The notes under the pieces are model-generated. The model was not told the origin of the DNA. It did no database searches and saw only the letters and a program-made list of their open reading frames with translations. The translations under genes were made by a program, and so were the position numbers. A stretch of DNA of 64,000 nucleotides, taken from contig CAWFHN010000006.1 of NCBI GenBank assembly GCA_963815665.1, positions 196,365-260,364 of the forward strand, read 5' to 3'. Numbering within the stretch: the first letter of the stretch is position 1; each line of letters starts with the position of its first letter. Below, piece by piece: positions 12,697-22,467 of the stretch. The stretch is from an uncultured Solirubrobacterales bacterium (GTDB lineage: Bacteria; Actinomycetota; Thermoleophilia; Solirubrobacterales; 70-9).

Positions 12697-13064
12697 CCGG
12701 CTCCCCTCCTCGTTGGGTCCTTAGCTCGCTTGGTGCCCAGGGCAAGCAGGTCCGACATGCGCTCCACTCGCCCACGCCAGGTGGCCTCGAGCTCGTCGAG
12801 GGCGTGCCGCGCGCGGTCGACCGCCGCGGCATCGGTCCGCACGAGCTGCTCCCGCCCACGGCGCTCCTTGGTGACCAGTCCGGCCCGCTCCAGCACGGCG
12901 ACGTGCTTCTGCACCGCTGCGAAGCTCATCGGGTAAGCCCGCGCGAGCCCCGAAACCGACGGCTCGCCGGCGATACAGCGGCGAAGGATGTCACGGCGGG
13001 TCGAGTCGGCCAGGGCATGGAACAGCTCGTCAACTACCCTGCTCGGGTGCTCATCTACAACCAT
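12693..13064 (-). CDS. ArsR/SmtB family transcriptional regulator
   Basis: 123 aa from the ATG at 13064 (LFHALADSTRRDILRRC...VSGLARAYPMSFAAVQKHVAVLERAGLV). The longer track ORF was rejected. Confidence 0.88.
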   Translation of the reverse strand: MVVDEHPSRVVDELFHALADSTRRDILRRCIAGEPSVSGLARAYPMSFAAVQKHVAVLERAGLVTKERRGREQLVRTDAAAVDRARHALDELEATWRGRVERMSDLLALGTKRAKDPTRRGAG

Positions 13065-13138
13065 TTGGTTATAGGTTAAGTGAACCGGTCTGCCGATCGA
13101 GGCAGCGACGACAAACTCAGCGAAAGGGAACTTCGACC

Positions 13139-13741
13139 GTGAAACTGACGACCAACACGCAGGTCTCCGTCGACGGCGTGATGCAGGCAAACGGCGGGCC
13201 GGATGAGAAGCTCGACCCCGGAATGGAGCGCGGCGGATGGGCCAGGCCGCTGTTCGACGATGAGGCGATGACGTTCGTCGAACAGTTTTACCAGCGCGCC
13301 GACGCGTTTCTGTTCGGCCGGCGGACCTACGAGCTCTTCGCCGGCTACTGGGGCGCAAAGACGGATCCGGACGACCCCATCGCAGGGCCGCTCAACAGGC
13401 AGCCCAAGTACGTCGCGTCGAACACGCTCACCGACCCGCAGTGGCCCGGCACGACCGTCCTCTCCGGTGACCTCGCCGCGGCCATCGGCGAGCTGAAGGC
13501 CAGGTCCGAGGGTGAGCTGCAGGTGCACGGCAGCGGCGCCCTGACTCGCTGGCTGCTCGAGAACGAGCTCGTCGACGAGCTGAACCTGCTCATCTGCCCC
13601 GTGGTCGTCGGCCAGGGCGCGCGGCTGTTCCCCGACGCCGGCCCCGACCTCGCGCTTGAGCTGGTCGAGTCGCGAGCCTTTCCGAAGGGCATAACGCTCC
13701 AGGTCTACCGGCCGGCCGGGCGCCCGGAGTATGCGACCTGA
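13139..13741 (+). CDS. dihydrofolate reductase-like (RibD C-terminal domain) protein
   Basis: 200 aa with a GTG start. Motifs: VSVDGV, FGRRTYELFAGYW, ELQVHGSGALTRWLLENELVDEL. Confidence 0.85.
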   Translation: MKLTTNTQVSVDGVMQANGGPDEKLDPGMERGGWARPLFDDEAMTFVEQFYQRADAFLFGRRTYELFAGYWGAKTDPDDPIAGPLNRQPKYVASNTLTDPQWPGTTVLSGDLAAAIGELKARSEGELQVHGSGALTRWLLENELVDELNLLICPVVVGQGARLFPDAGPDLALELVESRAFPKGITLQVYRPAGRPEYAT

Positions 13742-13780
13742 AGCTGATCCGAAGAACGCGTCAATCAGCGCCGTGGGCGG

Positions 13781-14458
13781 CTAGCGGTCCCGGCCGCGCA
13801 GGGTCAGACTGACGATCCGAGCCATCGTCGCGCCCAGCACCCGGAGATAGAGGCGGATCGAGCGGTCCGCGATGTACTCGAGGTCGTGGATCAGCTTGTC
13901 CTCCCAGGAGTCCTCGCGGGTGATCCTGGTCTGAGCGAAGCCGGTGACGCCGGGGCGCACCACCAGGCGCTGCCAGTACGTCGGGATCTCCTCGCAGAGG
14001 CGGTTGAAGAAGGCGGGCCGGACCGGGCGCGGGCCGACCATGCTCATGTCGCCGCGCAGCACGTTGAAGAGCTGCGGCACCTCGTCGATGTGGGTGAGGC
14101 GGGCGGCCCTCCCCACCATCGTCACCTCCTCCTCGGTGCGCCGGCTGAGCTCCTCCCCGTAGACGTTGCCGAGGCGAGCCTCCGCACCCGGAGCGAGGGT
14201 GCGCAGCTTGTACATCGTGAAGACGTGACCCGCCCTCCCCACCCGCTCTCCGCGATAGAGGACGGGCCGCCCGGAGGTGACCAGCGTCGCCAGGGCCAAC
14301 AGGCCGAGCAGCGGCGAGAGCACGATCAGGGCGGAGCCGGCGATGAGGAGATCGAGCCCCCGCAGCGCGATGTCCACACGCCGGGGCGCGTAGACCTCGG
14401 AGGCCATGTCCGAGACCTGGTCGGCGACCGTGCTTGGCTGCTCAGTCTGAGTCGCCAT
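13781..14458 (-). CDS. polyprenyl-phosphate sugar phosphotransferase (bacterial sugar transferase family)
   Basis: About 225 aa with one TM helix, then VLYRGERVGRAGHVFTMYKLRTL...DEVPQLFNVLRGDMSMVGPRP, typical of the WbaP/EpsL-type C-terminal domain. Confidence 0.9.
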   Translation of the reverse strand: MATQTEQPSTVADQVSDMASEVYAPRRVDIALRGLDLLIAGSALIVLSPLLGLLALATLVTSGRPVLYRGERVGRAGHVFTMYKLRTLAPGAEARLGNVYGEELSRRTEEEVTMVGRAARLTHIDEVPQLFNVLRGDMSMVGPRPVRPAFFNRLCEEIPTYWQRLVVRPGVTGFAQTRITREDSWEDKLIHDLEYIADRSIRLYLRVLGATMARIVSLTLRGRDR

Positions 14459-15467
14459 CAGGCTGGGCGGCACCGAGCATCAGGTCGACGAGCAGCTGGG
14501 GGTCGCGGCGGGTCCGCTCACCCTGGCCTGTCTTCTTGACGAGCTCGAGGGCCCTGGGGTCGGTGAGCGGGCGCAGCCGGTTGGAGCGGATCAGCGCCTC
14601 ATCGACCCCGCCGAGCCGGCCGCCGTAGGTCGTGTAGACCGGTGTGCCGAGGGCGACCGCCTCGCGATTCATCGTCCCTCCGGCGGAGACGACCAGATCG
14701 GCGAGGGCGACCAGGCTCTGTGCCTCCACGGCGTGATCGGGAACGATCAGGGACGGCAGGGCGAGCTCCTTGACGTAGATGCGCTGCTCCTCGGTACGCG
14801 GCAGAACGACCGCGTGGACACCGGGATCAGAGCCTACTCGCGCGAGTACCTGCGGGAAGAGGGGGTTCGACTTGCGGTGATAGAGCGAGACGTCGGGTGG
14901 CGGGCGCACGACGACCACGACGCGCTCGGTGTCGACGCCGAGCCTCTCGAGGGCGTCCGGGTCGACCTCGAAGTCGGCCAGGTAGTACTCCTCCTTGATG
15001 CCGGGGTATTGGAACAGCTTCTTGGGTCCGACCCCGAACCGCTTCAGCCTCTCGGGGGGAACCGAATCCGGGAAGATCACCCGCTTCGCGAGCCGGCAGC
15101 CGACGTGGTGCTGCGCGACGGCGAACTCGTAGTCGTGCATGTTCGCCTCGGGAATCCGCAGCAGCCTCGAGGCGATCGCGATGTCGTTCGAGCCATGGGC
15201 GATCGCCAGGTCGAAGCCGGCACCCCTGCCGTAGCTCCGCATCCCGGACGTCCGCTGGATCAGACGCATCAGCTTGCGCACACGGGAGGCGCCGCCGTGC
15301 TTGCCGATCAGGGTGTAGTCCATGCCGTGCAGGTCGAGCAGCTCCAGGGTCTGGGTGTAGACGCGCGCCGTGGTCAGGACCTCGTGGCCCTGCGCCCGGA
15401 GTCGCTCGATAATGGGCCGGAGCACGAGCACGTGCGCCGGCCCGCTCATGTCGGCCCAGATCTTCAA
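14442..15467 (-). CDS. DUF354 family protein (GT-B-like fold)
   Basis: 341 aa (MKIWADMSGPAHVLVLRPIIERLRAQGHEV...SAGGTMNREAVALGTPVYT), matching the DUF354 pattern. Confidence 0.75.
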   Translation of the reverse strand: MKIWADMSGPAHVLVLRPIIERLRAQGHEVLTTARVYTQTLELLDLHGMDYTLIGKHGGASRVRKLMRLIQRTSGMRSYGRGAGFDLAIAHGSNDIAIASRLLRIPEANMHDYEFAVAQHHVGCRLAKRVIFPDSVPPERLKRFGVGPKKLFQYPGIKEEYYLADFEVDPDALERLGVDTERVVVVVRPPPDVSLYHRKSNPLFPQVLARVGSDPGVHAVVLPRTEEQRIYVKELALPSLIVPDHAVEAQSLVALADLVVSAGGTMNREAVALGTPVYTTYGGRLGGVDEALIRSNRLRPLTDPRALELVKKTGQGERTRRDPQLLVDLMLGAAQPDGDSD

Positions 15468-15473
15468 GCCCGG

Positions 15474-16760
15474 CTAGACGGCGGCTGCTGAGAGCTGCGG
15501 ATAGAGGGGATAGCGCTCCATCAGCGCCCGGGAGCGCTCCAGGAGCGAGTCCTTCTGCGCCTCGAAGTCCTCGCCCAGCGCCGCGACGATCACCTGTGCG
15601 ATCTCCCGCAGGTCCTCCTCGACCAGCCCGCGGGTGGTGAGTGCGGGCGTTCCGATCCGCAGTCCCGACGGATCCATCGGCGGGCGCTCGTCGAACGGGA
15701 TCGCGTTGCGGTTGACGGTGATCCCCACCTCCTCGAGACGGGCCTCGGCCACCTTGCCCCCGAGCCCGGTGGGCGTGAGGTCCACCAGGACCAGATGCAC
15801 GTCGGTCCCGCCGGTGAGGACGTCGAGGCCGCCGGCGACGAGCTCCTCGCCGAACGCCTGGGCGTTGGCGATCGTCTGCCGCTGGCGCTGCTTGAACGCC
15901 TCGCTCTGGGCGATCTTCAGCGCGACGGCCTTCGCGGCGATGATGTGCATCAGCGGGCCGCCCTGCTGGCCCGGGAAAACGGCGCGGTTGATGTCCGCCG
16001 CCAGCTCCTCCCTGCAGAGGATCATCCCGCTGCGGGGCCCGCAGAGGGTCTTGTGAATCGTGGTGGTGACCACGTCGGCGTGCTCGACCGGGTTGGGGTG
16101 CTCGCCCGCCGCCACCAGGCCGGCGAAATGCGCCATGTCCACCATCAGCTTGGCGCCGACCGAGTCCGCGATCTCGCGGAAGGCGGCGAAGTCGAGCTGC
16201 CGCGGATAGGCGGACCACCCGGCGACGATCACCTTCGGCTTGTGCTCCTCCGCGAGCTGCGCGACCTCGTCCATGTCGACGCGCCGGTCCTCGCGGCGCA
16301 CGTGGTAGGCGACGACCTCGTAGAGCTTGCCCGAGACGTTCAGCTTCATCCCATGGGTGAGGTGCCCACCGTGGTCGAGCGCCATCCCCATGATCGTGTC
16401 GCCCGGGTCGATCATCGCCATGTAGGCCGCGTTGTTCGCCTGGGCGCCGGAGTGGGGCTGGACGTTGGCGTGCTCGGCCCCGAAGACCTCGATCGCCCGG
16501 TCGATCGCCAGCTGCTCGGCGACGTTGACCTCCTCGCAGCCGCCGTAGTAGCGCTTGCCCGGATAGCCCTCGGCGTACTTGTTGGTCAGCACCGACCCGG
16601 CGGCGTCGAGCACGGCCTGCGGAACGAAGTTCTCGGAGGCGATCATCTCGAGCGTCCCCTGCTGGCGGGCGAGCTCGCGGTCGAGGACCCGCGCGATGTC
16701 CGGGTCGACCTCGGCGAGAGGGGCGGTCTGGAAGTCGTCGGGCAGGTCTACGGGCGTCAA
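15474..16760 (-). CDS. glyA: serine hydroxymethyltransferase
   Basis: 428 aa with full-length SHMT similarity ([28 protein letters not shown]). Confidence 0.97.
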   Translation of the reverse strand: MTPVDLPDDFQTAPLAEVDPDIARVLDRELARQQGTLEMIASENFVPQAVLDAAGSVLTNKYAEGYPGKRYYGGCEEVNVAEQLAIDRAIEVFGAEHANVQPHSGAQANNAAYMAMIDPGDTIMGMALDHGGHLTHGMKLNVSGKLYEVVAYHVRREDRRVDMDEVAQLAEEHKPKVIVAGWSAYPRQLDFAAFREIADSVGAKLMVDMAHFAGLVAAGEHPNPVEHADVVTTTIHKTLCGPRSGMILCREELAADINRAVFPGQQGGPLMHIIAAKAVALKIAQSEAFKQRQRQTIANAQAFGEELVAGGLDVLTGGTDVHLVLVDLTPTGLGGKVAEARLEEVGITVNRNAIPFDERPPMDPSGLRIGTPALTTRGLVEEDLREIAQVIVAALGEDFEAQKDSLLERSRALMERYPLYPQLSAAAV

Positions 16761-16820
16761 GTTCGGGCTCCTCCGGATCGGTCGCTCAAGGTTGACAGAC
16801 GTTATGGGCTGGCGCCGATG

Positions 16821-17402
16821 CTACGGCCGTTCGGCGAGCGACTTGATGTATCGGATCGTGCCGCGCAGAACGATCCCGATGCCCGGCCCGACCACGACCC
16901 AGTAGCGCTTGATCCCGCGGCTCGCGGGTGGGTACGTCCCGACCGTGCGCACCTCGTAGGTGAGGAGCGAGCGGCCGATCCCGTAGCTGCGGACCGAGAA
17001 GTTCGCGGCGATCTTGCCGAAGCCGGGCTGGTCGAAGTCCTTGAAGTCCTCGCCGCGGATCGTCTCCCAGCTGATGTCGCGGCCCCAGAAGCGGCCGATC
17101 GCACCGAAGGCGAGCTCCTTGCCGAAGTCCTCGCCGAGCCTCACCCACTCGCCCTCCTCGTCGAGCGCGTCCAGCCGAAGCGCCTCAGGCGCGGGCTCGG
17201 GCGGCTGCTTGCGGATCCGCCTGGCGATCGCCGTCGGGGCGCCGCGGGCAGCGAACAGCACGCGCATCGACGGGCTCCCCTTGTAGGCCTGCATCAGATC
17301 GGCCTCCATCACGGAGGAGTAGACCCGCGCCGGCTCGGCCTCGACGATCACCGTCTCGACCTTGCTGCGGTCGTACCGCGGCAGGAGCTCGTCGATCAGC
17401 AC
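16821..17402 (-). CDS. hypothetical protein (START/SRPBCC-like suspected)
   Basis: 193-aa ORF with coding-like codon usage. I recognised no diagnostic motif. Confidence 0.5.
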   Translation of the reverse strand: MLIDELLPRYDRSKVETVIVEAEPARVYSSVMEADLMQAYKGSPSMRVLFAARGAPTAIARRIRKQPPEPAPEALRLDALDEEGEWVRLGEDFGKELAFGAIGRFWGRDISWETIRGEDFKDFDQPGFGKIAANFSVRSYGIGRSLLTYEVRTVGTYPPASRGIKRYWVVVGPGIGIVLRGTIRYIKSLAERP

Positions 17403-17429
17403 CGGCGCAGCCTACGCCGGTCCCCGCAC

Positions 17430-17457
17430 TTGACATTTATTGAACGCATGGTAAAAA
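17430..17457 (+). promoter_or_regulatory. sigma-70-like promoter candidate for the R2-like/TetR genes
   Basis: TTGACA (17430..17435), a 16-nt spacer, then TAAAAA (17452..17457), sitting in an AT-rich island about 40 nt upstream of the ATG at 17497. AGGAGG RBS at 17486..17491. Confidence 0.55.
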
Positions 17458-17496
17458 ATGCGACTCGTCAGCCGGCAAGCCCACAGGAGGACAGAG

Positions 17497-18474
17497 ATGA
17501 CCGACGCCACCACCGCCGCCGCCACCACCAACGGACACGAGGAGCTCAGGACCGAGGACGACGCGCTCTCGGTCCTGATGGACGCCGACATCGACAAGGT
17601 GATGTCGGGTCTCGACAAGATCGTCGAGGCGGCGCCCTCCTACGAGAAGCTCTTCATGCGCTGGCAGCGCCAGCACTGGTCCACCGAGGACTTCGACTTC
17701 GCCGTGGACAAGAAGCAGTGGGCCGACCCGAACATGTTCACCGACGACGAGCGGCGGTTCCTCGAGTTCGGCTTCTCCGAGTTCTTCCTCGGCGAGGAGC
17801 GGGTCACCCTGGAACTGCTCCCGTTCGCGCTGGCGGCTCCGACTCATGAGGCCAAGGTCTTCCTGACCACCCAGATCTCCGACGAGGCCAAGCACACGGT
17901 CTTCTGGAACGGCTTCTACCGCGAGGTCTTCGGCATCGAGGCCGGCAGCCTCGGGGAGATGATCGACAAGCAGCGCTACGTCGTCAACAAGGACTGGGAG
18001 ACCCTCTTCAACGGGATCCTCCACGAGTGCGCGGAAGACCTGCGCAAGGACCCCAGCGACTTCCCGAAGCTGGTGCGCGGCGTCACCGTCTACATGATCG
18101 TCATCGAGGGCATGCTCGCCCTCAGCGCCGCCCGGTTCATGATCAAGTCGATGAAGGAGCGCGGCTGGTTCCCCGGCTTCACCGCCGGCTTCACGGCGGT
18201 CAACCGCGACGAGTCGCGCCACGTGGGCTTCGGCGTCAAGTTCCTCGCCGACGCGATCAAGGACGACGTCGCCAACGCCAGGATCGTCGAGGACACCCTG
18301 AAGGAGTGCCTGCCGGTCGCCACCCTGGTCTTCGTGCCGCCGTGGGTGGAGGACCCGTACAACTTCGAGACGCCCTTCTACCACTCGTCCGAGATCTTCG
18401 AATACGCGGCCAAGTCGCTCTCGAAGAAGCTGGCGGCGATGGGCCTCGACCCGGCGATGCTCGCCGCCGCCTGA
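17497..18474 (+). CDS. ferritin-like di-metal carboxylate protein, ribonucleotide reductase R2-like (R2lox-type)
   Basis: 325 aa from the ATG at 17497. Ligand pattern E...ExxH...E...ExxH (FFLGEE, SDEAKH, VIEGM, RDESRH). Confidence 0.75.
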   Translation: MTDATTAAATTNGHEELRTEDDALSVLMDADIDKVMSGLDKIVEAAPSYEKLFMRWQRQHWSTEDFDFAVDKKQWADPNMFTDDERRFLEFGFSEFFLGEERVTLELLPFALAAPTHEAKVFLTTQISDEAKHTVFWNGFYREVFGIEAGSLGEMIDKQRYVVNKDWETLFNGILHECAEDLRKDPSDFPKLVRGVTVYMIVIEGMLALSAARFMIKSMKERGWFPGFTAGFTAVNRDESRHVGFGVKFLADAIKDDVANARIVEDTLKECLPVATLVFVPPWVEDPYNFETPFYHSSEIFEYAAKSLSKKLAAMGLDPAMLAAA

Positions 18475-18481
18475 ACGGCCG

Positions 18482-19093
18482 GTGGAAGCGACGGTCGCAG
18501 CGAAGCGCGGGCGTCCCTCGACCGGCGCCCGCGAGAGGATCCTGGATGCGGCCATCGAGGTGCTCAAGGCCGACGGCTACGCCGGCCTGACGATCGCCAA
18601 GGTGGCTGCCGGGGCCGGCGAGTCCAAGCCTCTGGTCGTCTACCACTACGGCTCGAAGCAGGGTCTCGTCCGCGCCGCGGGGCGTGCGATCGCGGAGATG
18701 ATCACGGACGAGGTCCTCGCCGCCGTCGACGGAGCGCGCACGGTGGAGGCTGTCGTCCGCGGGGTCGACGCCGGAGTGGAACGGGTCCTGGATCGCGACG
18801 AGCGCGTGGCGCGCCTCTACTTCGACCTGGCCGCGGTGTCGGTCGTCGACCCGGAGATCCGCCAGACGATCACCGAGGTGAACGAGCAGTGGCGCGTGGT
18901 GCTCGTCCGCCTGTTGACCGAGGCCAGCGACGGCGTGACCGCCGCGCGCGCCCGCGTGCTGGCACTGATGATCATCGCGGGCGCCCAGGGCATGACGCTC
19001 GAGCGAATCGAGCGCGGCCCGACGGCCGAGCGCAAGCGGGCTCGCGAGCTCTTCATCAAGAGCGCCGTCGGAGCGGCATCTCCGGGTCGCTGA
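18482..19093 (+). CDS. TetR family transcriptional regulator
   Basis: 203 aa. N-terminal HTH: RERILDAAIEVLKADGYAGLTIAKVAAGAGESKPLVVYHYGSKQGL. Confidence 0.9.
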   Translation: MEATVAAKRGRPSTGARERILDAAIEVLKADGYAGLTIAKVAAGAGESKPLVVYHYGSKQGLVRAAGRAIAEMITDEVLAAVDGARTVEAVVRGVDAGVERVLDRDERVARLYFDLAAVSVVDPEIRQTITEVNEQWRVVLVRLLTEASDGVTAARARVLALMIIAGAQGMTLERIERGPTAERKRARELFIKSAVGAASPGR

Positions 19094-19114
19094 GCGCGGG
19101 TCCTGGGCTGGATC

Positions 19115-19519
19115 GTGTCAACGGGCAACGTCGAGATCGTCCGGCGCGCGTTCGACGCGTTCAACGAGCGAGGGGCCGAGGGGATCCTCCCTTTCATCGA
19201 CCCTGAGTGCGAGGCGATCACCCCGCCAAACCTGGCGAGCGAGCCGGACACCTACCGCGGCCACGACGGCATCCGCCGCTGGTTCGACTCCTTCGAGGAG
19301 GTGATGGACCGGATCCGCTGGGACGCCCACGGCTTCCGGCGGGTCGGGGACCGGGTGGTGGTCGAGTTCACGCTGCGCGCCCGCGGCAAGACCACCGGCC
19401 TGGAGTTCGGGCAGGACGCCGTGATGGTCTGGTCGCTGCGCGACGACAGGGCGATCCGAGTCGAGGTGTTCGAAACGCTGGACGAGGCGCTCGCAGCCGC
19501 CGAGAGATCGGCGGACTGA
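19115..19519 (+). CDS. SnoaL/NTF2-like domain protein
   Basis: 134 aa (VEIVRRAFDAFNERG...YRGHDGIRRWFDSF...). Confidence 0.8.
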   Translation: MSTGNVEIVRRAFDAFNERGAEGILPFIDPECEAITPPNLASEPDTYRGHDGIRRWFDSFEEVMDRIRWDAHGFRRVGDRVVVEFTLRARGKTTGLEFGQDAVMVWSLRDDRAIRVEVFETLDEALAAAERSAD

Positions 19520-19927
19520 ATGCCCTCCCCCCATCAGCGGCTGCTCGAGGTCTCCCGCGACGCGTTCAACGCGCGTGACCCCGAGGCCTGGCTCGAGGCC
19601 TGGAACCCCGACTGTGAGTGGCATCCGTTCCTGACCGCGCGGGAGGAGGGCGACCCCGGCTACCACGGGCCGAACGGGATCAGGGCCTGGTTCGAGGACG
19701 TCGACGAGATGTTCTCGGAGATCCACGTCGAGCTCGAGCGGTTCCGCGAGATCGGCGACCGCCTGCTCGTCCTGGGCCAGATGAAGGCCACGGACCGAGT
19801 CAGCGGCGCCGAGGTCAGCTCCGAGGTCGCCTGGGTGGTCGAGCCCCGGGGCGAGAAGCTACAGCGCGGCTGGGCCTACCGGAGCCACGAGGAGGCGGAG
19901 CGCCTCACCGAGGAGGCCGCGCGCTAG
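19520..19927 (+). CDS. SnoaL/NTF2-like domain protein (tandem paralog)
   Basis: 135 aa, with the same motif layout as the preceding gene (RDAFNARD...YHGPNGIRAWFEDV...). Confidence 0.8.
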   Translation: MPSPHQRLLEVSRDAFNARDPEAWLEAWNPDCEWHPFLTAREEGDPGYHGPNGIRAWFEDVDEMFSEIHVELERFREIGDRLLVLGQMKATDRVSGAEVSSEVAWVVEPRGEKLQRGWAYRSHEEAERLTEEAAR

Positions 19928-20558
19928 CGATCGCCCCGAGCCTGCGGTCGATCTCGGCGCTTGGCAGCGCTCCCTCGCGCAGCACGGTCCAGCGCCCTCC
20001 CGTCTCGATGCCGGTGATGTCGAGGACGGTCGAGGGCTCGCCGATCGGCTCGCCACCGTCGATGGCGAGGTCCGCCGCCGCGACGATCTCGCCTCCGATC
20101 TCGTCGAAGCGAGTCGGCGCGGGTTCCCCGCTCCGATTGGCGCTCGTCTGGAAGATCGGCGTCATCGCTCCCGACAACGCCCCCTCGATCAGCCGGACAC
20201 CGAGACGCTCCGGATCCTCGCGTGAGGCGAGCGGGTAGCGCCGCTCCGGGTTGGCGACCACCAGCGTGACCGGGCCGGGCAGCAGGGCGGCCAGGGCATC
20301 GCGGGTTCGAGGCCCGAGCCCTGAGACGAGCTCGCGCATCGCGAGTGGAGAGAAGTACATGACCGCCGATGGCTTGCGCTCGCCTCGGCCCTTGAGCGCG
20401 TGGATGCGCTCGATCGCCCGCGCGTTCAGCGGATCGCAGGCGAGCCCGTAGAGCGTGTCGGCCGGGAAGATGGCCACGCCCCCCTCCCCGACGCAGCGCT
20501 CCAGCGCCGCGCGGGCGGCGTCCGCCCCATCGCGCTCGATCGAGACGATCTCGCTCAT
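19905..20558 (-). CDS. tsaC: L-threonylcarbamoyladenylate synthase (Sua5/YwlC/TsaC family)
   Basis: 217 aa (FPADTLYGLACDP, KGRGERKPSAVM, QTSANRSGEP). Downstream of prmC, as in other actinobacteria. Confidence 0.9.
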   Translation of the reverse strand: MSEIVSIERDGADAARAALERCVGEGGVAIFPADTLYGLACDPLNARAIERIHALKGRGERKPSAVMYFSPLAMRELVSGLGPRTRDALAALLPGPVTLVVANPERRYPLASREDPERLGVRLIEGALSGAMTPIFQTSANRSGEPAPTRFDEIGGEIVAAADLAIDGGEPIGEPSTVLDITGIETGGRWTVLREGALPSAEIDRRLGAIASARPPR

Positions 20559-21364
20559 CGCCCGATGACTACCCGGTCCAGACCGGCCAGGTCACGGCGG
20601 GTGTCGGCGTCCCGATAGCCCGCCTCGCGAACCAGCCCGGTGACCGCGGCCGCCTGCTCGGCGCCGACCTCGAGGGCGATCGCCGCGGGACGGCGCTCGA
20701 GCGCGGTGAGCGAGCCGAGCAGCGCCTGGATCGCCTCGAGCCCCGTGGGCCCGGGCACGAGCGCCTCGCGGGGCTCGTACTCGCGGATCTCGGGTGCGAG
20801 CCCCTCCCACTCCGCCTCGGCGACATATGGGAGGTTGGCGAGCAGCAGGTCGAACGGCCCCGCGCCGGCCAGCGACGCGACGCCCCTCGAGACGACGTCC
20901 ACGCGATCCGTGAGCCCGAGGCGATCCGCGTTGGCCTGGGCGACGCGCAACGCGTCCATCGAGGTGTCAATCGCCAGCATCCGCGAATCGGGGAGTTCAT
21001 CGGCGACCGCCAGGGCGATCGCGCCGCTGCCGGTCCCCACGTCGATCGCCGACCCAGGCTCGAGCTCGAGCGCCACCTCGACCAGCAGCTCCGTCTCGGG
21101 CCGCGGGATCAGCACACGCCGGTCGACGATCAGCTCGATGCGCCGGAACCCCTTCCGTCCGAGGATGTAGGCGACCGGCTCGCGCCGCGCGCGCCGGCGG
21201 ACCATCTCGGCGAACTCACGGGACGCTCCGACCGGGAGCCGCAGGTCGGGCTCCGCCATGAGGCGCGCTCTGTCCCATCCCGTCGCCTCCGCCAGGAGGA
21301 GCTCGGCATCCAGTTGAGCCGACTCACAGCCGGCGGCGGCGAGGGCCCCGACCGCCCCCTCCAT
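20555..21364 (-). CDS. prmC: release-factor glutamine N5-methyltransferase
   Basis: 269 aa with SAM motif IDVGTGSGAIA and catalytic NLPY (LLANLPYV). Confidence 0.93.
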   Translation of the reverse strand: MEGAVGALAAAGCESAQLDAELLLAEATGWDRARLMAEPDLRLPVGASREFAEMVRRRARREPVAYILGRKGFRRIELIVDRRVLIPRPETELLVEVALELEPGSAIDVGTGSGAIALAVADELPDSRMLAIDTSMDALRVAQANADRLGLTDRVDVVSRGVASLAGAGPFDLLLANLPYVAEAEWEGLAPEIREYEPREALVPGPTGLEAIQALLGSLTALERRPAAIALEVGAEQAAAVTGLVREAGYRDADTRRDLAGLDRVVIGR

Positions 21365-21393
21365 CGCGTCGCGGACTGCCGAGGTCCGGGCGC

Positions 21394-22465
<1,072 letters not shown>

Positions 22466-22467
<2 letters not shown>

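Noticed and set aside
13065-13138. Possible ArsR operator (AACC-attt-GGTT / GGTT-aagtg-AACC) in the ArsR / DHFR-like divergent region
   Set aside because: It has only 4-bp arms, which is too weak to distinguish from chance without comparative data.
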